NCBI GenBank assembly: GCA_035624785.1
Contig: DASPQV010000016.1
Span: 22,550-86,549 of the forward strand
From: Candidatus Binatia bacterium
GTDB lineage: Bacteria > Chloroflexota > Dormibacteria > Aeolococcales > Aeolococcaceae
Length of the DNA stretch: 64,000 bases
Direction: 5' to 3'
The translations under genes were made by a program, and so were the position numbers. Every line of letters starts with the position of its first letter. Within the stretch, counting starts at the first letter, position 1. Shown piece after piece: positions 27,815 through 40,192 of this stretch. The notes under the pieces were generated by a model. The model was not told where the DNA came from. It did no database searches and saw only the letters and a list, made by a program, of their open reading frames with translations.

Positions 27815-29299
27815 TCAGCGGCTGAGCCTCTCGCGGAGCAGCTGGTTGACGAGCCGGGCGTCGGCCCGGCCCCGGGTCGCCTTCATGACCCCGCCGACCA
27901 GCCGCTGCAGCGCCTGCTCCTTGCCGCCCTGGAAGTCGCTGACCGCAGCCGGGTTGTCGGCGATCACCCTGTCCACGATGCCGGACAGCTCGGCCTCGTC
28001 GCTGACCTGGCCCAGCCCCCGCGCCTCCACCACCGCAACCGGGTCTCCGCCCTGAACGTAGAGCTCCTCGAGGAGAGCCTTGGCGGTGGGGCCATTGATC
28101 CGCCCCCGCTCGGCCAGCCCGATCAGGGCCGCCAGCCCGGTGATGCCCAGGCCGCTCCGCTGCAGCGGCAGCCTGGTCTCGCGAGCCAGCCGGGCGACGT
28201 CCCCCATCAGCCAGTTGGCAGCGGACTTGGCCGCCACGCCGGCGCCCACCAGGGCCTCGAAGGCCCGGGCATCCTCGATCTCCGCGCTGATCACGGCGGC
28301 GTCGTAGGTGGAGAGCCCGTGATCACGCTGGAGCCTGTCGACGAGCTGCTGGGGGAGCTCGGGAAGCCCGGCCCTCACCCGCTCCACGAAGTCCGCGGTG
28401 AGCTGGAGCGGCGGCAGGTCGGGCTCCGGGAAGTACCGGTAGTCGTGCGCATACTCCTTGCTCCGCTGGGAGATGGTGGCCCCCTTGGCCTCGACCCAGC
28501 CACGGGTCTCCTGGGCGATGGCCTGGCCCTGGTCGAGCAGGCGCCCCTGGCGGACGATCTCGTATTCGAGGGCGCGCTGCACCGCGCGGAAGGAGTTCAT
28601 GTTCTTGATCTCGACCTTGACACCCAGCTCGGCGCTGCCGCGATGGCGCAGCGAGATGTTGGCGTCGCAGCGGAACGATCCCTGCTCCAGGTTGCCGTCG
28701 TTGACCCCGATGTAGACCAGGATCTGGCGCAGCCGGACCAGGTACTCGCGGGCCTGCTCCGGGGTGCGGAGATCCGGCTCGCCGACGATCTCCATGAGGG
28801 GAACCCCGGCGCGGTTCAGGTCGACCACCGAGCTGCGAGCCTGCTGGAGGATGTCACCGGCGTGCTGGAGCGTGCCGGTGTCCTCCTCGAGATGCACCCT
28901 GGTGATGCCGCAGCGCACCTCCTCGCCGTCCACCGGGAAGCTCAGCCACCCGTGCTCCGACATCGGCATGTCGTACTGGGAGATCTGGTACCCCTTGGGA
29001 AGGTCGGGATAGAAGTAGTTCTTGCGGTCGAACTTGCTGTGCTCCGGGATCTCGCAGTTGAGGGCGAGCGCGGTCCTCACCGTGTACTCGATGGCCTTGC
29101 GGTTCATGACCGGGAGCACCCCCGGCATGCCCAGGCACACCGGGCAGGTGTTGCTGTTCGGCGGGCTGCCGATGTAGTCGGCGCTGCAGCCGCAGAACAT
29201 CTTGCTCTCGGTGAGCAGCTGACCGTGCACCTCGAGCCCGATCACGGCCTCGTAGCGCTGCATCAGCTCGGTGAGCCCGCTCACCGCACCGGCGCTCAC
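27815..29299 (-). CDS. gatB: Asp/Glu-tRNA amidotransferase subunit B
   Basis: [24 protein letters not shown].. and full-length GatB sequence. Start set at a GTG preceded by a GGAGGG ribosome-binding site. The ORF-track 5' extension overlaps gatA. Confidence 0.9.
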   Translation of the reverse strand: MSAGAVSGLTELMQRYEAVIGLEVHGQLLTESKMFCGCSADYIGSPPNSNTCPVCLGMPGVLPVMNRKAIEYTVRTALALNCEIPEHSKFDRKNYFYPDLPKGYQISQYDMPMSEHGWLSFPVDGEEVRCGITRVHLEEDTGTLQHAGDILQQARSSVVDLNRAGVPLMEIVGEPDLRTPEQAREYLVRLRQILVYIGVNDGNLEQGSFRCDANISLRHRGSAELGVKVEIKNMNSFRAVQRALEYEIVRQGRLLDQGQAIAQETRGWVEAKGATISQRSKEYAHDYRYFPEPDLPPLQLTADFVERVRAGLPELPQQLVDRLQRDHGLSTYDAAVISAEIEDARAFEALVGAGVAAKSAANWLMGDVARLARETRLPLQRSGLGITGLAALIGLAERGRINGPTAKALLEELYVQGGDPVAVVEARGLGQVSDEAELSGIVDRVIADNPAAVSDFQGGKEQALQRLVGGVMKATRGRADARLVNQLLRERLSR

Positions 29300-29339
29300 G
29301 ATCCGCCCTCCAGCCCTGCGAACCCGGCGGCGAGGTCGC

Positions 29340-30812
29340 TCACGACCCGGCCCCCGACGCGACCGGCGGCACCGGAGGCTGCTCGGCGTGCCACGAGGTC
29401 GCGCGCTCGTAGGCGTGGGCGACACGCAGGACCACCCCGTCCTGGAAGCGGGGCCCGATCACCTGGAGGCCAACCGGAAGTCCCTCGCTGAAGCCGCAGG
29501 GCACCGAGATGCCGGGAAGACCGGCGAGGTTGACCGGCAGGGTGAGCACGTCGCAGAGGTACATCGAGAGCGGATCGCTCTTGGCCCCCCTGGCGAACGC
29601 GACCAGTGGCGAGGTCGGGCAGACCAGGGCGTCCACCGTGGCGAAGGCGCGGTCGAATTCGTCCGCGATCAGAGTCCGGACCTTCTGCGCCTTGCGGTAG
29701 TAGGCGTCGTAGTAACCGCTCGAGAGGGCGTAGGTGCCGAGCATGATCCGGCGCTTGACCTCGGGTCCGAAGCCGTTGCCGCGGGTCTCCAGGTAGGTGT
29801 CGGTGAGCGAGGGCCGATCGATGTGGAGACCGAAGCGGACCCCGTCCATCCGGGCCAGGTTGGCGGAGCACTCCGCGGGGGCGATGATGTAGTAGGTGCT
29901 GAGGCCAGCCTCGGTGGTGGGCAGCGACACCTCCTCGAGGGTCGCGCCGAGCCGCTCCAGCTCGCTGAACGCGGTCTCGATGGCGGCGCGCACGCCGGGC
30001 TCCAGCCCCTCGGCCACGTACTCGTGGGGGACGCCCAGGCGCATGCCCTCGATGCCGCGCCCCAGCTGATCCTCGACCGGCTCGACGGGGGTGGGTGACG
30101 AGGTGCTGTCCATCGCGTCCCAGCCCGCGATGGCGCTGAAGACCCCGGCGACGTCCGCCACCGAGCGGGCAAAGGGCCCGATCTGGTCCAGCGACGAGGC
30201 GAAGGCGATCAGACCGTAGCGCGAGACCCTGCCGTAGGTCGGCTTGAAGCCGGTGACCCCGCAGAGGCTGGCGGGCTGGCGGATCGAGCCGCCCGTGTCG
30301 GTGCCCAGGGAGTAGGGCACGGCGCCGGCGGCGACCACCGCAGCGCTGCCCCCGCTGCTGCCCCCGGGCACCCGGCCCGGGTCCCAGGGGTTGCCGACCG
30401 GCCCGAAGGCCGAGTTCTCGTTGGAGGACCCCATGGCGAACTCGTCGCAATTGGTCACCGCGACCGGGACCGCGCCGGCATCGAGGAGGCGCCGCAGCGC
30501 CGTCCCCGTGTAAGGGGGGCGGTGCCCCTGCAGGATCCGGGAGCCGGCGGTGGTCTCCACCCCCTCGACGCAGAGCACGTCCTTGTAGGCGAAGGGGATG
30601 CCGCAGAGGGGACCAGCCCGCTCCGGCACCTCGGCGAGGGTGCGAGCCGCTCTCTCCGCCTGCCGCTCGGCCAGCGAGTCGGTGTAGCGAAGCACGGCGT
30701 TGAGGTCGGAGATCCGCTCCAGGTCGGCGCGGGCCCGGGCAGCCAGGTCCTGCGGGGTGGTGGCGCCGCTGCGCAGCAGCCCGGCCAGCTCCGAAGCGGT
30801 TGGAGGGGTCAT
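29340..30812 (-). CDS. gatA: Glutamyl-tRNA(Gln) amidotransferase subunit A
   Basis: Amidase signature ([14 protein letters not shown]..) and GatA N-terminus. ATG 30812 lies just after the gatC stop. Confidence 0.9.
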   Translation of the reverse strand: MTPPTASELAGLLRSGATTPQDLAARARADLERISDLNAVLRYTDSLAERQAERAARTLAEVPERAGPLCGIPFAYKDVLCVEGVETTAGSRILQGHRPPYTGTALRRLLDAGAVPVAVTNCDEFAMGSSNENSAFGPVGNPWDPGRVPGGSSGGSAAVVAAGAVPYSLGTDTGGSIRQPASLCGVTGFKPTYGRVSRYGLIAFASSLDQIGPFARSVADVAGVFSAIAGWDAMDSTSSPTPVEPVEDQLGRGIEGMRLGVPHEYVAEGLEPGVRAAIETAFSELERLGATLEEVSLPTTEAGLSTYYIIAPAECSANLARMDGVRFGLHIDRPSLTDTYLETRGNGFGPEVKRRIMLGTYALSSGYYDAYYRKAQKVRTLIADEFDRAFATVDALVCPTSPLVAFARGAKSDPLSMYLCDVLTLPVNLAGLPGISVPCGFSEGLPVGLQVIGPRFQDGVVLRVAHAYERATSWHAEQPPVPPVASGAGS

Positions 30813-30819
30813 GGCCGCC

Positions 30820-31107
30820 TCATTCCTGGATCGCTCCCACCTCGAAGTGATTGCCCCTCCGCTTGGGCGCGTTGGCGAGCGCGGCCTCGACGGAGAGGCA
30901 GGGCCGCCTCTCGTCATCGCGCCAGGCGTTGAGCAGGCCGCCGATCTGGGCGGTCTCGACGACCTGGGAGGTGTCCACCTGCTGGAGCCGGTCCACGTGG
31001 GCCAGGATGGCGTCCAGCTGCTCCCGGTACAGCTCCATCTCCTCCTCGGTCAGCCCGAGCCGGGCGAGCATGGCGACGTGGGCGACCTGGTCGCGGGAGA
31101 GCGTCAC
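30820..31107 (-). CDS. gatC: Asp/Glu-tRNA amidotransferase subunit C
   Basis: 95-aa GatC sequence (MTLSRDQVAHVAMLARLGLTEEEMELYREQLDAIL..). Confidence 0.85.
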   Translation of the reverse strand: MTLSRDQVAHVAMLARLGLTEEEMELYREQLDAILAHVDRLQQVDTSQVVETAQIGGLLNAWRDDERRPCLSVEAALANAPKRRGNHFEVGAIQE

Positions 31108-31724
31108 GGGGGCTGATTATCCCCGCGGCCGGGGGCCTTCCGGTCCCCGCCGCCGGTGGCGTTGCCGCCGGGGTCACCGCCGGCCTCGTCGCGGTCACGG
31201 TCTCGGCTCCCGAAGGCGTCCGGGGCCCAGCCGGGGAGCGGCAACCAGGTGAGCACGGTCTGCTCCGTCGGCCGGAAGCCGTGGTGGCGGTAGACGGTGA
31301 GGGCGGCGGGGTTGTCGGCACGGGTCCACACCGCGGCAAAGGTCACCTCCCGCTCCCGGAAGAGGCGCATCGCCTCCCCCACCAGGACCTTCGCGACCCC
31401 CAGACCGCGAGCGGCCGGCTCCACGTACAGCTCGGCGACCTCTGCCTCGAGGCCAGTGCCCGGGTCGAAGAAGACGCACCAGCAGAGGCCGATCGGCCGG
31501 TCACCGGCGTCCCGGGCGACGAGCAGGACGTTCTCCCCCACGAAGCGTGGCATGACCGGCCCGGTGCGCGCGGAGACCTCCGCGCGCGTCTGCCGCGGAT
31601 GGTCATAGGCCACCTGCTCCTCGAGGGCAAGCTCGACCAGGAGTCGGTGGACGCCGGCATCGTCAGGGAGGTCGAGGCGCTCGATCCGCAGCTCGGGGTG
31701 CACAGCGGTGCGATCCAAGCACAT
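31104..31724 (-). CDS. GNAT-family N-acetyltransferase
   Basis: GNAT motif A region (IGLCWCVFFD..LYVEPAARGLGVAKVL). Overlaps the gatC start by 4 nt. Confidence 0.7.
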   Translation of the reverse strand: MCLDRTAVHPELRIERLDLPDDAGVHRLLVELALEEQVAYDHPRQTRAEVSARTGPVMPRFVGENVLLVARDAGDRPIGLCWCVFFDPGTGLEAEVAELYVEPAARGLGVAKVLVGEAMRLFREREVTFAAVWTRADNPAALTVYRHHGFRPTEQTVLTWLPLPGWAPDAFGSRDRDRDEAGGDPGGNATGGGDRKAPGRGDNQPP

Positions 31725-31850
31725 TGCGGGGCCAGCGGGCTGGGGACGCTCTCTGCCAGCCTGGCCGCGTCAGCTCATGCGATCCGGACCGACCCAACGC
31801 CCCGATGCGCACGATCCCGCCAGGGCGGGGGCATAGCCGCTCGCCTCCCG

Positions 31851-31880
31851 GACTTGTGGACAATCTTGTCTAAAATCAGC
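31851..31880. promoter_or_regulatory. AT-rich island with short inverted repeat (TTGT-GG-ACAA) and TAAAAT. It lies in the 240-bp GNAT/Kelch intergenic region and is a possible promoter/operator.
   Basis: cttgtggacaatcttgtctaaaatcag stands out against ~70% GC. Neither flanking gene is in an orientation that this would obviously drive. Confidence 0.2.
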
Positions 31881-31965
31881 GGGGGCGCCAGCGGTTGCGC
31901 CGGCTCCGGGGTGTCCGCGCTCGCCCAGGAAACCGGTCAGGCCGAGGTCGAGCTCGACACCCGGC

Positions 31966-33783
31966 TCAGCTGGCGATCGCTCCCGTGCCGCCGGACCAGG
32001 ACTCTGCCCCGCCGGAGGCCGCAGGTGTCGCGCCGCCAGTCGAAGCCGGTGCGGAACCGGCGCTGGCAGGCAGCGGCACTGCCGAGCCGCTCGGCGACGG
32101 GGAGGCGGACGGCGCGGTGCCACCCCGCTGGGTCCAGTCGTGGCCATCCCAGGTCCAGGTGTCGTCCGAGACCTGGCCGCCCGCCCCTTCCGCGGACACC
32201 GTGCCACCGAACAGCACCACCTGACCGGCGGCGTCGTCGAAGGCCATCGCCGTACCGCCCCGGGGCGCCGGGGAATGCGCTGGCGCGACCCGGGTCCAGC
32301 CCTGGGCGGGGTCGTTCGCCAGCCAGGTCGCACCGCTCAGGTCGAGCGCCAGGACCCGGCCCGCGCTGGTCTCCGCGACCGGCGCCGCGGCGAAGAGGGG
32401 CGAGGAGCGCCCCGGTGGGACGCTGACCGAGGCCCAGGCGCTCCCGTCCCATTCCCAGACTGCGGCGGTGAAGGCGGGGCAGGGGACGTCCACCGGGCAG
32501 GCAAGGTCCGGCTCCGCGGCCGTGCCCATCATCGGCTCCACGTTCCAGCCCAGCTCCACCAGCCGCCCGATCGAGGGGAACCAGGCCAGGTGGCCGCTCA
32601 TCGGCGGGACCTGGCCGGCGGAGCTGCTCACCGGGTGAAAGGCACTGCCGTCGAACACCCAGGTGAGAGTGGTTGCTTCGGGAACGCAGAGATCGTCACC
32701 GCAGGTGGGTGGGCAGAGGCTCTGCGACCAGCTCACGCAGCAGCCGATCTGGGCAGATCCTCCCGTGGTGGCACCCGCCGACGCCGCCGGAGATGCTCCT
32801 GGCGAACCGGACGACGACCCGCCGAACGCGATCGGCGGGCAGATGGGGCAAGCCGCCTCGGGTGACTCCCCGCCCTGCGCCTCGCGGCAGGGCAGCGGGA
32901 GGCACGAGCAGATCGAGCAGGCGCTGGGAGCCGGGCTGCCGCTTCCCTCGGCCGGGATCATCGGGCAGGCGGTCATCCCCCCGCCGGCGGGGGCGATCGC
33001 GGCGCCGGCTCCGCCCGCCTCGCCGGGGCTGGCCGAGCTCGAGCCGCCGGTCCCGACTGCCGGCTCGGGCGGTGCCGGGACGGGCGCCCCACGGAGTGGG
33101 TAGGCGGAGGTGAGCAGGACCAACTGCCCGCTCCCCGGATCGGTGGCCATCTCGGCGCCGGCGAGCGAGTAGCTTCCCAGCTCGGTGCTGCCCTGGCCGA
33201 GCGACAGCTGGGACCAGTCGTCGCCGTCCCAGGCCCAGGCGTCCTGAAGCGTGGTGCACCCGGCGGCCGGCTCCGCGGATGCGCTCTGGGGGGTACTGGC
33301 CGAGACCGACGTCGAGGTGACCGAGGCGGCGCTGGGCGGGACGGCTGATCCGGAGGACCCGATCGAAGGACCTTCGGACGAGCATCCGCTGCCCCCTGTC
33401 CCGCCGACCAGGATGAGCAGGTGGCTCTTCGGGTCCCAGGCCATCTGGGCCTGGAAGCGGCCCGGCGGGCTGTGGGGGGGAGCCGCCTCCGACCACGACG
33501 AGCCGTCCCAGAGCCAGGTGTCGTCGAGTGGCTGGCCGCTGGCGCCCGCGCCGCCGAACATCACGAGGTCACCGCGGTCGGGGTCGTAGGCCATGGCCGC
33601 GTAGGCTCGCGCCGGCGGCGCGGTGGCGTCGGCCGGGGTCGAGGCGCTGCGATGGAGGCCGAGGTAGCCGCCGGCCAGGGCGCCGGCGACCGCAACCGCG
33701 GCCACCAGGGAGAGGGCGCCCCGTCGCAGCCGGCGGCCCCGGCCGGTGTCGACCGGTTCCAGATGAGCGTCGATCTGCTCCAC
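31966..33783 (-). CDS. Large secreted/anchored Kelch-repeat beta-propeller protein with Ser/Gly/Ala/Pro-rich linkers and a Cys-rich insert (start uncertain)
   Basis: Repeated Kelch-like units (DDTWLWDGSSW, DAWAWDGDDWSQL, TWVFDGSAFHP, VWEWDGSAWASV, DTWTWDGHDWTQ). N-terminal signal/TM RRGALSLVAAVAVAGALAG. About 14 Cys within ~110 aa. The candidate GTG at 33783 overlaps the divergent 33763 gene. Confidence 0.55.
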   Translation of the reverse strand: MEQIDAHLEPVDTGRGRRLRRGALSLVAAVAVAGALAGGYLGLHRSASTPADATAPPARAYAAMAYDPDRGDLVMFGGAGASGQPLDDTWLWDGSSWSEAAPPHSPPGRFQAQMAWDPKSHLLILVGGTGGSGCSSEGPSIGSSGSAVPPSAASVTSTSVSASTPQSASAEPAAGCTTLQDAWAWDGDDWSQLSLGQGSTELGSYSLAGAEMATDPGSGQLVLLTSAYPLRGAPVPAPPEPAVGTGGSSSASPGEAGGAGAAIAPAGGGMTACPMIPAEGSGSPAPSACSICSCLPLPCREAQGGESPEAACPICPPIAFGGSSSGSPGASPAASAGATTGGSAQIGCCVSWSQSLCPPTCGDDLCVPEATTLTWVFDGSAFHPVSSSAGQVPPMSGHLAWFPSIGRLVELGWNVEPMMGTAAEPDLACPVDVPCPAFTAAVWEWDGSAWASVSVPPGRSSPLFAAAPVAETSAGRVLALDLSGATWLANDPAQGWTRVAPAHSPAPRGGTAMAFDDAAGQVVLFGGTVSAEGAGGQVSDDTWTWDGHDWTQRGGTAPSASPSPSGSAVPLPASAGSAPASTGGATPAASGGAESWSGGTGAIAS

Positions 33784-34266
33784 GTGGACGTCTACGCGCG
33801 AGGCGCGGCCCCGGTTCCCGGCTCCGGGCAGATCCGGGTGGCCGGGCTGGTTACCATGCGCGAGACCGTGGCCGACACCCTCGAGCCTGAGCAGCTCTTC
33901 CGGCTCCAGCCGGGACTCGCCCGCCTGATGCCGGAGATTGCCAACCGTCTCTGGCGCGCCGCCTATGCCGCTCGAGCGGGCAACTGGCGGCTGGCCCGCT
34001 GGCAGGTCTCGGAGATGCGCAAGCTCTTCGAGCTGTGCACCATCACCCGCCCCAAGTACGCGGACGACATCGCGGAGTACCTTCACGACGACATCGAGCC
34101 CCTCCTCGCCGCGATCGCCGCCGAGGATGCGCTGGCGTTCCAGGGCCGGCTGAGCGAGGCGGTGGACGCGGCCAACGAGTTCCACCGCCGCTGGGACAAG
34201 GGCTACATCGTCTGGAGGCTGCCGGAGACGGCTCCGCCTGACCTGGACCTGTCGGCGGGCGGCTGA
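33763..34266 (+). CDS. Hypothetical protein (167 aa, or 137 aa from the second ATG at 33856)
   Basis: Globular-looking composition (..WQVSEMRKLFELCTITRPKYADDIAEYLHDDIEPLL..). No recognised domain. Confidence 0.4.
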   Translation: MSVDLLHVDVYARGAAPVPGSGQIRVAGLVTMRETVADTLEPEQLFRLQPGLARLMPEIANRLWRAAYAARAGNWRLARWQVSEMRKLFELCTITRPKYADDIAEYLHDDIEPLLAAIAAEDALAFQGRLSEAVDAANEFHRRWDKGYIVWRLPETAPPDLDLSAGG

Positions 34267-34343
34267 GCCGGCGACGTCCCGCGGGCCGAGCGGAAGGCCG
34301 CAGCCACGCGAGACGCGGCCGGCGCCGCGGTATCCTCCGGGCC

Positions 34344-34682
34344 ATGATAGTCACCACCACCGAGAACATCCCGGGGACCCGGGTCGTCAACACGCTGGGG
34401 CAGGTCTTCGGCCTCACCGTCCGCACCCGCGGGCTGGGCGGCAACATCGCGGCCGGCTTCCGCAGCCTCGTCGGCGGCGAGGTCGCCTCCTACGTGAAGC
34501 TGCTCGAGGATGCCCGCCGCCAGGCGGTCGACCGCATGGTCCAGAACGCCACCGCCATGGGGGCCAACGCGGTGACCATGATGCGCTTCGACTCCTCGGA
34601 GATCGGCAACACGATGAGCGAGATCGTGGCCTACGGGACCGCCCAGCTGGTCGAGCCGGTGGCTCCCCCTCCGCCCCGCTGA
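34344..34682 (+). CDS. YbjQ/UPF0145 family protein
   Basis: Matches the family consensus (MIVTTTENIPGTRVVNTLGQVFGLTVRTRGLGGNIAAGFRSLVGGEV..NAVTMMRFDSSEI). Confidence 0.8.
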   Translation: MIVTTTENIPGTRVVNTLGQVFGLTVRTRGLGGNIAAGFRSLVGGEVASYVKLLEDARRQAVDRMVQNATAMGANAVTMMRFDSSEIGNTMSEIVAYGTAQLVEPVAPPPPR

Positions 34683-34706
34683 CCAGGCGGCGCCGAGAAC
34701 CTGCCC

Positions 34707-34934
34707 GTGGGCGCGCTGGCCGCAGTCGAGGTCGCGGGGGCCCTGGCCCTCCTCGTCCTGATCGTCCTGGGTGCGATCTTCGGCTGGGAGCGGTACCGGG
34801 GCAACCGGCCGCCCGGACTGCCAGCCGTCGGCTTCCGGCCGACCACCGAGGTGTTCATCAACCCCGAGACCGGGCAGCGGGTCCGGGTCTGGTACGACGA
34901 CCGGACGGGAGCGCGCGAGTACCGCCCCGAGTAG
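34707..34934 (+). CDS. Small hypothetical membrane protein (1 TM)
   Basis: 75-aa ORF with TM LALLVLIVLGAIFGW. Weak start context. Confidence 0.3.
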   Translation: MGALAAVEVAGALALLVLIVLGAIFGWERYRGNRPPGLPAVGFRPTTEVFINPETGQRVRVWYDDRTGAREYRPE

Positions 34935-35052
34935 CGCCCGGGGCTAGCGTCTCCGGCCTGGCGCGCGAGCAGCGGCCGGGCACGAACGCCCCGCCAGGCT
35001 GGCGGCCCCGCTGCCTAGCGGCACCAGCCGTCCCGGTGGTACCACCAGCAGC

Positions 35053-35703
35053 GTGAGCACCCGGGCGGCGATGATGGAGCGGCTTCTCGAGGGAGGCGTG
35101 CACGACCACCGGGTGCTCGCCGCCATGGCCGCGGTTCCGCGCGAGGAGTTCGTCCTCACGATGGACCGTGAGGAGGCCTACGCCGACCGGGCATTGCCCA
35201 TAGGCGAGGGACAGACCATCTCCCAACCGCTGATGGTGGCGGTCATCGTGCAGGCCCTCGAGCTCCAACCGGGCGAGCTGGCCCTCGACATCGGGACGGG
35301 GAGCGGCTACCAAGCGGCGGTCATGGCCGCCTGCGGGGCGCAGGTGGTCAGCGTCGAGCGGCTTCCCGCGCTCGCCGAACGCGCCACGCGGCTCTTCGGG
35401 CTGCTCGGCATCGCGGTGGAGGTGGTGGCCGCAGACGGCAGCCTCGGGCTTCCTGGGCGCGCCCCGTTCGACGCCATCGCGGTGGGGGCGGCGGCGCCGC
35501 GGCTGCCACTGGCCCTGGCACGCCAGCTCCGCGAGGGGGGGCGGCTGGTCGTTCCCATCCACGTCGGCCCCGAGGGCGAGGAGCTGACCCGCCTGAGGAT
35601 CAAAGGCGGCGGTTGGGTCACGGAGTACCTCGGTCCCTGCCGTTTCGTGCCCCTGATCGGCGCCGACGCCTACGCCGAGAACCCGGCCGAGGGGTGGGGC
35701 TGA
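35053..35703 (+). CDS. pcm: Protein-L-isoaspartate O-methyltransferase
   Basis: Contains EGQTISQPLMVAVIVQAL..LDIGTGSGYQAAVMA.. Confidence 0.85.
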   Translation: MSTRAAMMERLLEGGVHDHRVLAAMAAVPREEFVLTMDREEAYADRALPIGEGQTISQPLMVAVIVQALELQPGELALDIGTGSGYQAAVMAACGAQVVSVERLPALAERATRLFGLLGIAVEVVAADGSLGLPGRAPFDAIAVGAAAPRLPLALARQLREGGRLVVPIHVGPEGEELTRLRIKGGGWVTEYLGPCRFVPLIGADAYAENPAEGWG

Positions 35704-35771
35704 TCCCACCGCCGGGGCGCTCCCGGGCCGGCCGGCCGGCGGGCCAGGCGGCCGGCGCCAGGCGGCGGGTC

Positions 35772-36134
35772 TCAGGCCGGCGCGGCCCCGGCCGGCACGC
35801 GGAACATCCGGACCAGCGGACCCCCGCCCACCCGCTCCTCGGCGTTCCCGGCGGCGTCCCCGAAGGCCGAGATCAGCACCGCCCGGACCTCGGGTTCGGC
35901 GGGGGCATGGTCGAGGGCGAGGCGTGAGACGGTGATCGCGTACATCTCCCGCCCGCCGGCGCGGTTGGGATAGCGCGCTCGGGTCATCGCCACCCTGATG
36001 GCGAGCTCAGGGATGTCGAGCTGGTGGCGCCCAGGAGCTCCAAACGCCGGAGGTGAGAGGAAATCCTGGTCCGCCCGCCGGCGCAGCTCCCGGAGACGAT
36101 CCGGGAGCGCGGTCGTTGCCACCGGCTCAGCCAC
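35772..36134 (-). CDS. Hypothetical protein
   Basis: 120-aa ORF, GTG start. No recognised domain. Confidence 0.3.
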   Translation of the reverse strand: MAEPVATTALPDRLRELRRRADQDFLSPPAFGAPGRHQLDIPELAIRVAMTRARYPNRAGGREMYAITVSRLALDHAPAEPEVRAVLISAFGDAAGNAEERVGGGPLVRMFRVPAGAAPA

Positions 36135-36359
36135 CCGTCCAAGGTAGCGGCCGGGCCGGGTGTGGCGCCTCGCCGGGTGCCACCACGGGCGGCCCCCTAT
36201 GCGGACGGCTGGGGGCGAGCGAGCGGAGCCCCCGCATGGGAGCAGCGCCCCCCCAACTGTTTAGCATGAGCGGGGTCCGCGGTACATGCGAAGGGACCAC
36301 GAGCGCGTCCCGCGCCCTGGCCTCTTTCCAAGCATCCTTTCTTTGGAGGGTCCCAGCAG

Positions 36360-38285
<1,926 letters not shown>

Positions 38286-38474
38286 GGCCGGGAGGCCCCG
38301 AGCCGGATCGGGGGCGGGCTGGGCAGGCCTGCCCCCGGTCGGCATCGTTCGGCGGTCGCAGAACGGACCCAGCAGCACCGGTTGTGCCGCTGCCGCGTTG
38401 TGGACAGCTGTGTCAGCAACAGGGAGGTGCTGGGAGAGCCCTCAGCCTCCTGGCTCACCCCGGCCGAACCGTGC

Positions 38475-38726
38475 TCACCCGTCGGACGGTTCGCCGTAGA
38501 CCTTCCAGACCATGTTGAGGAGCCCGCTGTGCAGGTATGCCTTCATCTGCAGAAGGCTGGCCTCCGGTTTGCCCATCAGCACGAGGAGAGGCTCGCCCCC
38601 GGGCTTTGCCCATTCCACCAGGGCCACCCATCCGGTCAAGGTCGCGCCCTCGACCGGCGGCTCGGATCGCAAGACGGCGTCGATCTCGCCGTCGGCAGAG
38701 GTCGTGCCATAGGGACGCATGCGCAC
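38475..38726 (-). CDS. Small hypothetical protein (83 aa)
   Basis: Non-biased, protein-like composition (..GWVALVEWAKPGGEPLLVLMGKPEASLLQMKAYLHSGLLNMVWKVYGE..). Sits in the 1-kb dnaK-clpP gap. Confidence 0.4.
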   Translation of the reverse strand: MRMRPYGTTSADGEIDAVLRSEPPVEGATLTGWVALVEWAKPGGEPLLVLMGKPEASLLQMKAYLHSGLLNMVWKVYGEPSDG

Positions 38727-39331
38727 CGCTCCCGCTGGGGTCTGACGCGCCCAACTCTACGCCGGCCCGAGCGCGGGGTCCTGGGTCACCCGGGATGGCC
38801 AGCCCAACCCGGAGTCCGTGGGCCGGCAGCAGGCCGCCCAGTCTCAGGTCGCAGAATCGGCGGGTGACGATGGGAGGCTGGCTGCGCAACTTCTGGCGGG
38901 GGCGGCTGCTCAACCAGTGGTCGGCGCGCGACAGCTACCCCCGTCAGATCCGACGGCGGTACGGGTCCGCGGACGAGTGCGCCAAGGATCGCGCCCGCCT
39001 GACGGCACATGGCTACCGGGTCGTGGACGAAGCGGGCACCGGGCTCACCTACCGGCGCGACCCGGACGCCTCGCGGCCCGGCTGAACGACCGGCAGGGGT
39101 GCCTCCCGCCCCCCAGCGCCGAGGAGCCGCGCTGGCCGGCGGATCCGCGGGCCCGCCTCGAGATGGCCGCGGGGCATCTCAGCCGGGAAGGGCTCCGCAC
39201 CGTGGCTGAGTTCGGCGCCTCCCTGGCCATGCGAGACGCCGAGCCGCCCCGGCGGCGCATCGGCTTCACTCCGCCCACCGCCGGCTGATGAACCAGCCCA
39301 GCGCCGTACCGGACCGGGGCCGCAGCGCGAG

Positions 39332-39952
39332 TTGGGGACTGCGATCGTGACCAGCATCCTGGTGCCGACCGTGGTCGAGACCACGGCGCGGGGCGAGCGC
39401 TCATACGACATCTACTCGCGGCTGCTGCGTGATCGCATCGTCTTCGTGGCCGGCGAGATCGACGACGCCATGGCCAACCTGGTCACCGCTCAGCTCCTCT
39501 TCCTGGAGAGCGAGGACGCGGAGAAGGACATCTGCCTCTACATCAACACCCCCGGAGGCGCGGTGACCGCGGCCCTGTCGATGGACGACGCCATGCAGCA
39601 CGTGCGGCCTCCGGTTGCCACCATCTGCCTGGGGATGGCGGCGAGCGGCGCCTCACTCCTCCTCTGCGCCGGTGAGCCAGGGCGCCGCTTCGCGCTGCCC
39701 AACGCCGTGGTCCTGATCCACCAGCCGTGGACCCCGGAGCTGAAGGGCAAGGCGACCGACGTCGACGTCTATGCGAGAGAGATCCTGCGCCAGCGTGACC
39801 AGCTGATCGGCATGTATTCGCGGCACACCGGGAGGGATGCGGAGCGGGTACGGCACGACCTGGAGCGTGATCACTTCATGAGCGCCCGGCAGGCGCTCGA
39901 CTACGGGCTCATCGACCAGATCATCGAGCGCCGCCCCGACCAGCGACGCTGA
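39332..39952 (+). CDS. clpP: ATP-dependent Clp protease proteolytic subunit
   Basis: [36 protein letters not shown] or GTG start. No clpX downstream. Confidence 0.9.
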   Translation: MGTAIVTSILVPTVVETTARGERSYDIYSRLLRDRIVFVAGEIDDAMANLVTAQLLFLESEDAEKDICLYINTPGGAVTAALSMDDAMQHVRPPVATICLGMAASGASLLLCAGEPGRRFALPNAVVLIHQPWTPELKGKATDVDVYAREILRQRDQLIGMYSRHTGRDAERVRHDLERDHFMSARQALDYGLIDQIIERRPDQRR

Positions 39953-40192
39953 GCCGAGGGTGCCGTCGCATCCACTCCCTCACGCCGCGCTGGGCCGAGC
40001 GGATGGTCCTACACTTCCGGGCATGGCAGGCGAGAAGACCAGGGGCGCCCCGAAGCGGGCGGCCAAGAAGCCACGAGCGCCGTCGACGCACAAGGCTCAG
40101 AGGCGGGCCGAGGCCAAGAAGGCCCGCCAGCAGCCGACCCAGGCATAGCCCTCCGGCGCGGCAGCGAGGACGCGTCCGGCCGGCGAGGCCGG

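Noticed and set aside
36135-36359. Possible CIRCE (HrcA) or HAIR (HspR) operator upstream of dnaK
   Set aside because: Only a TTAGCA half-site was found. There is no matching inverted partner at the 9-nt spacing and no CTTGAGT…ACTCAAG dyad.
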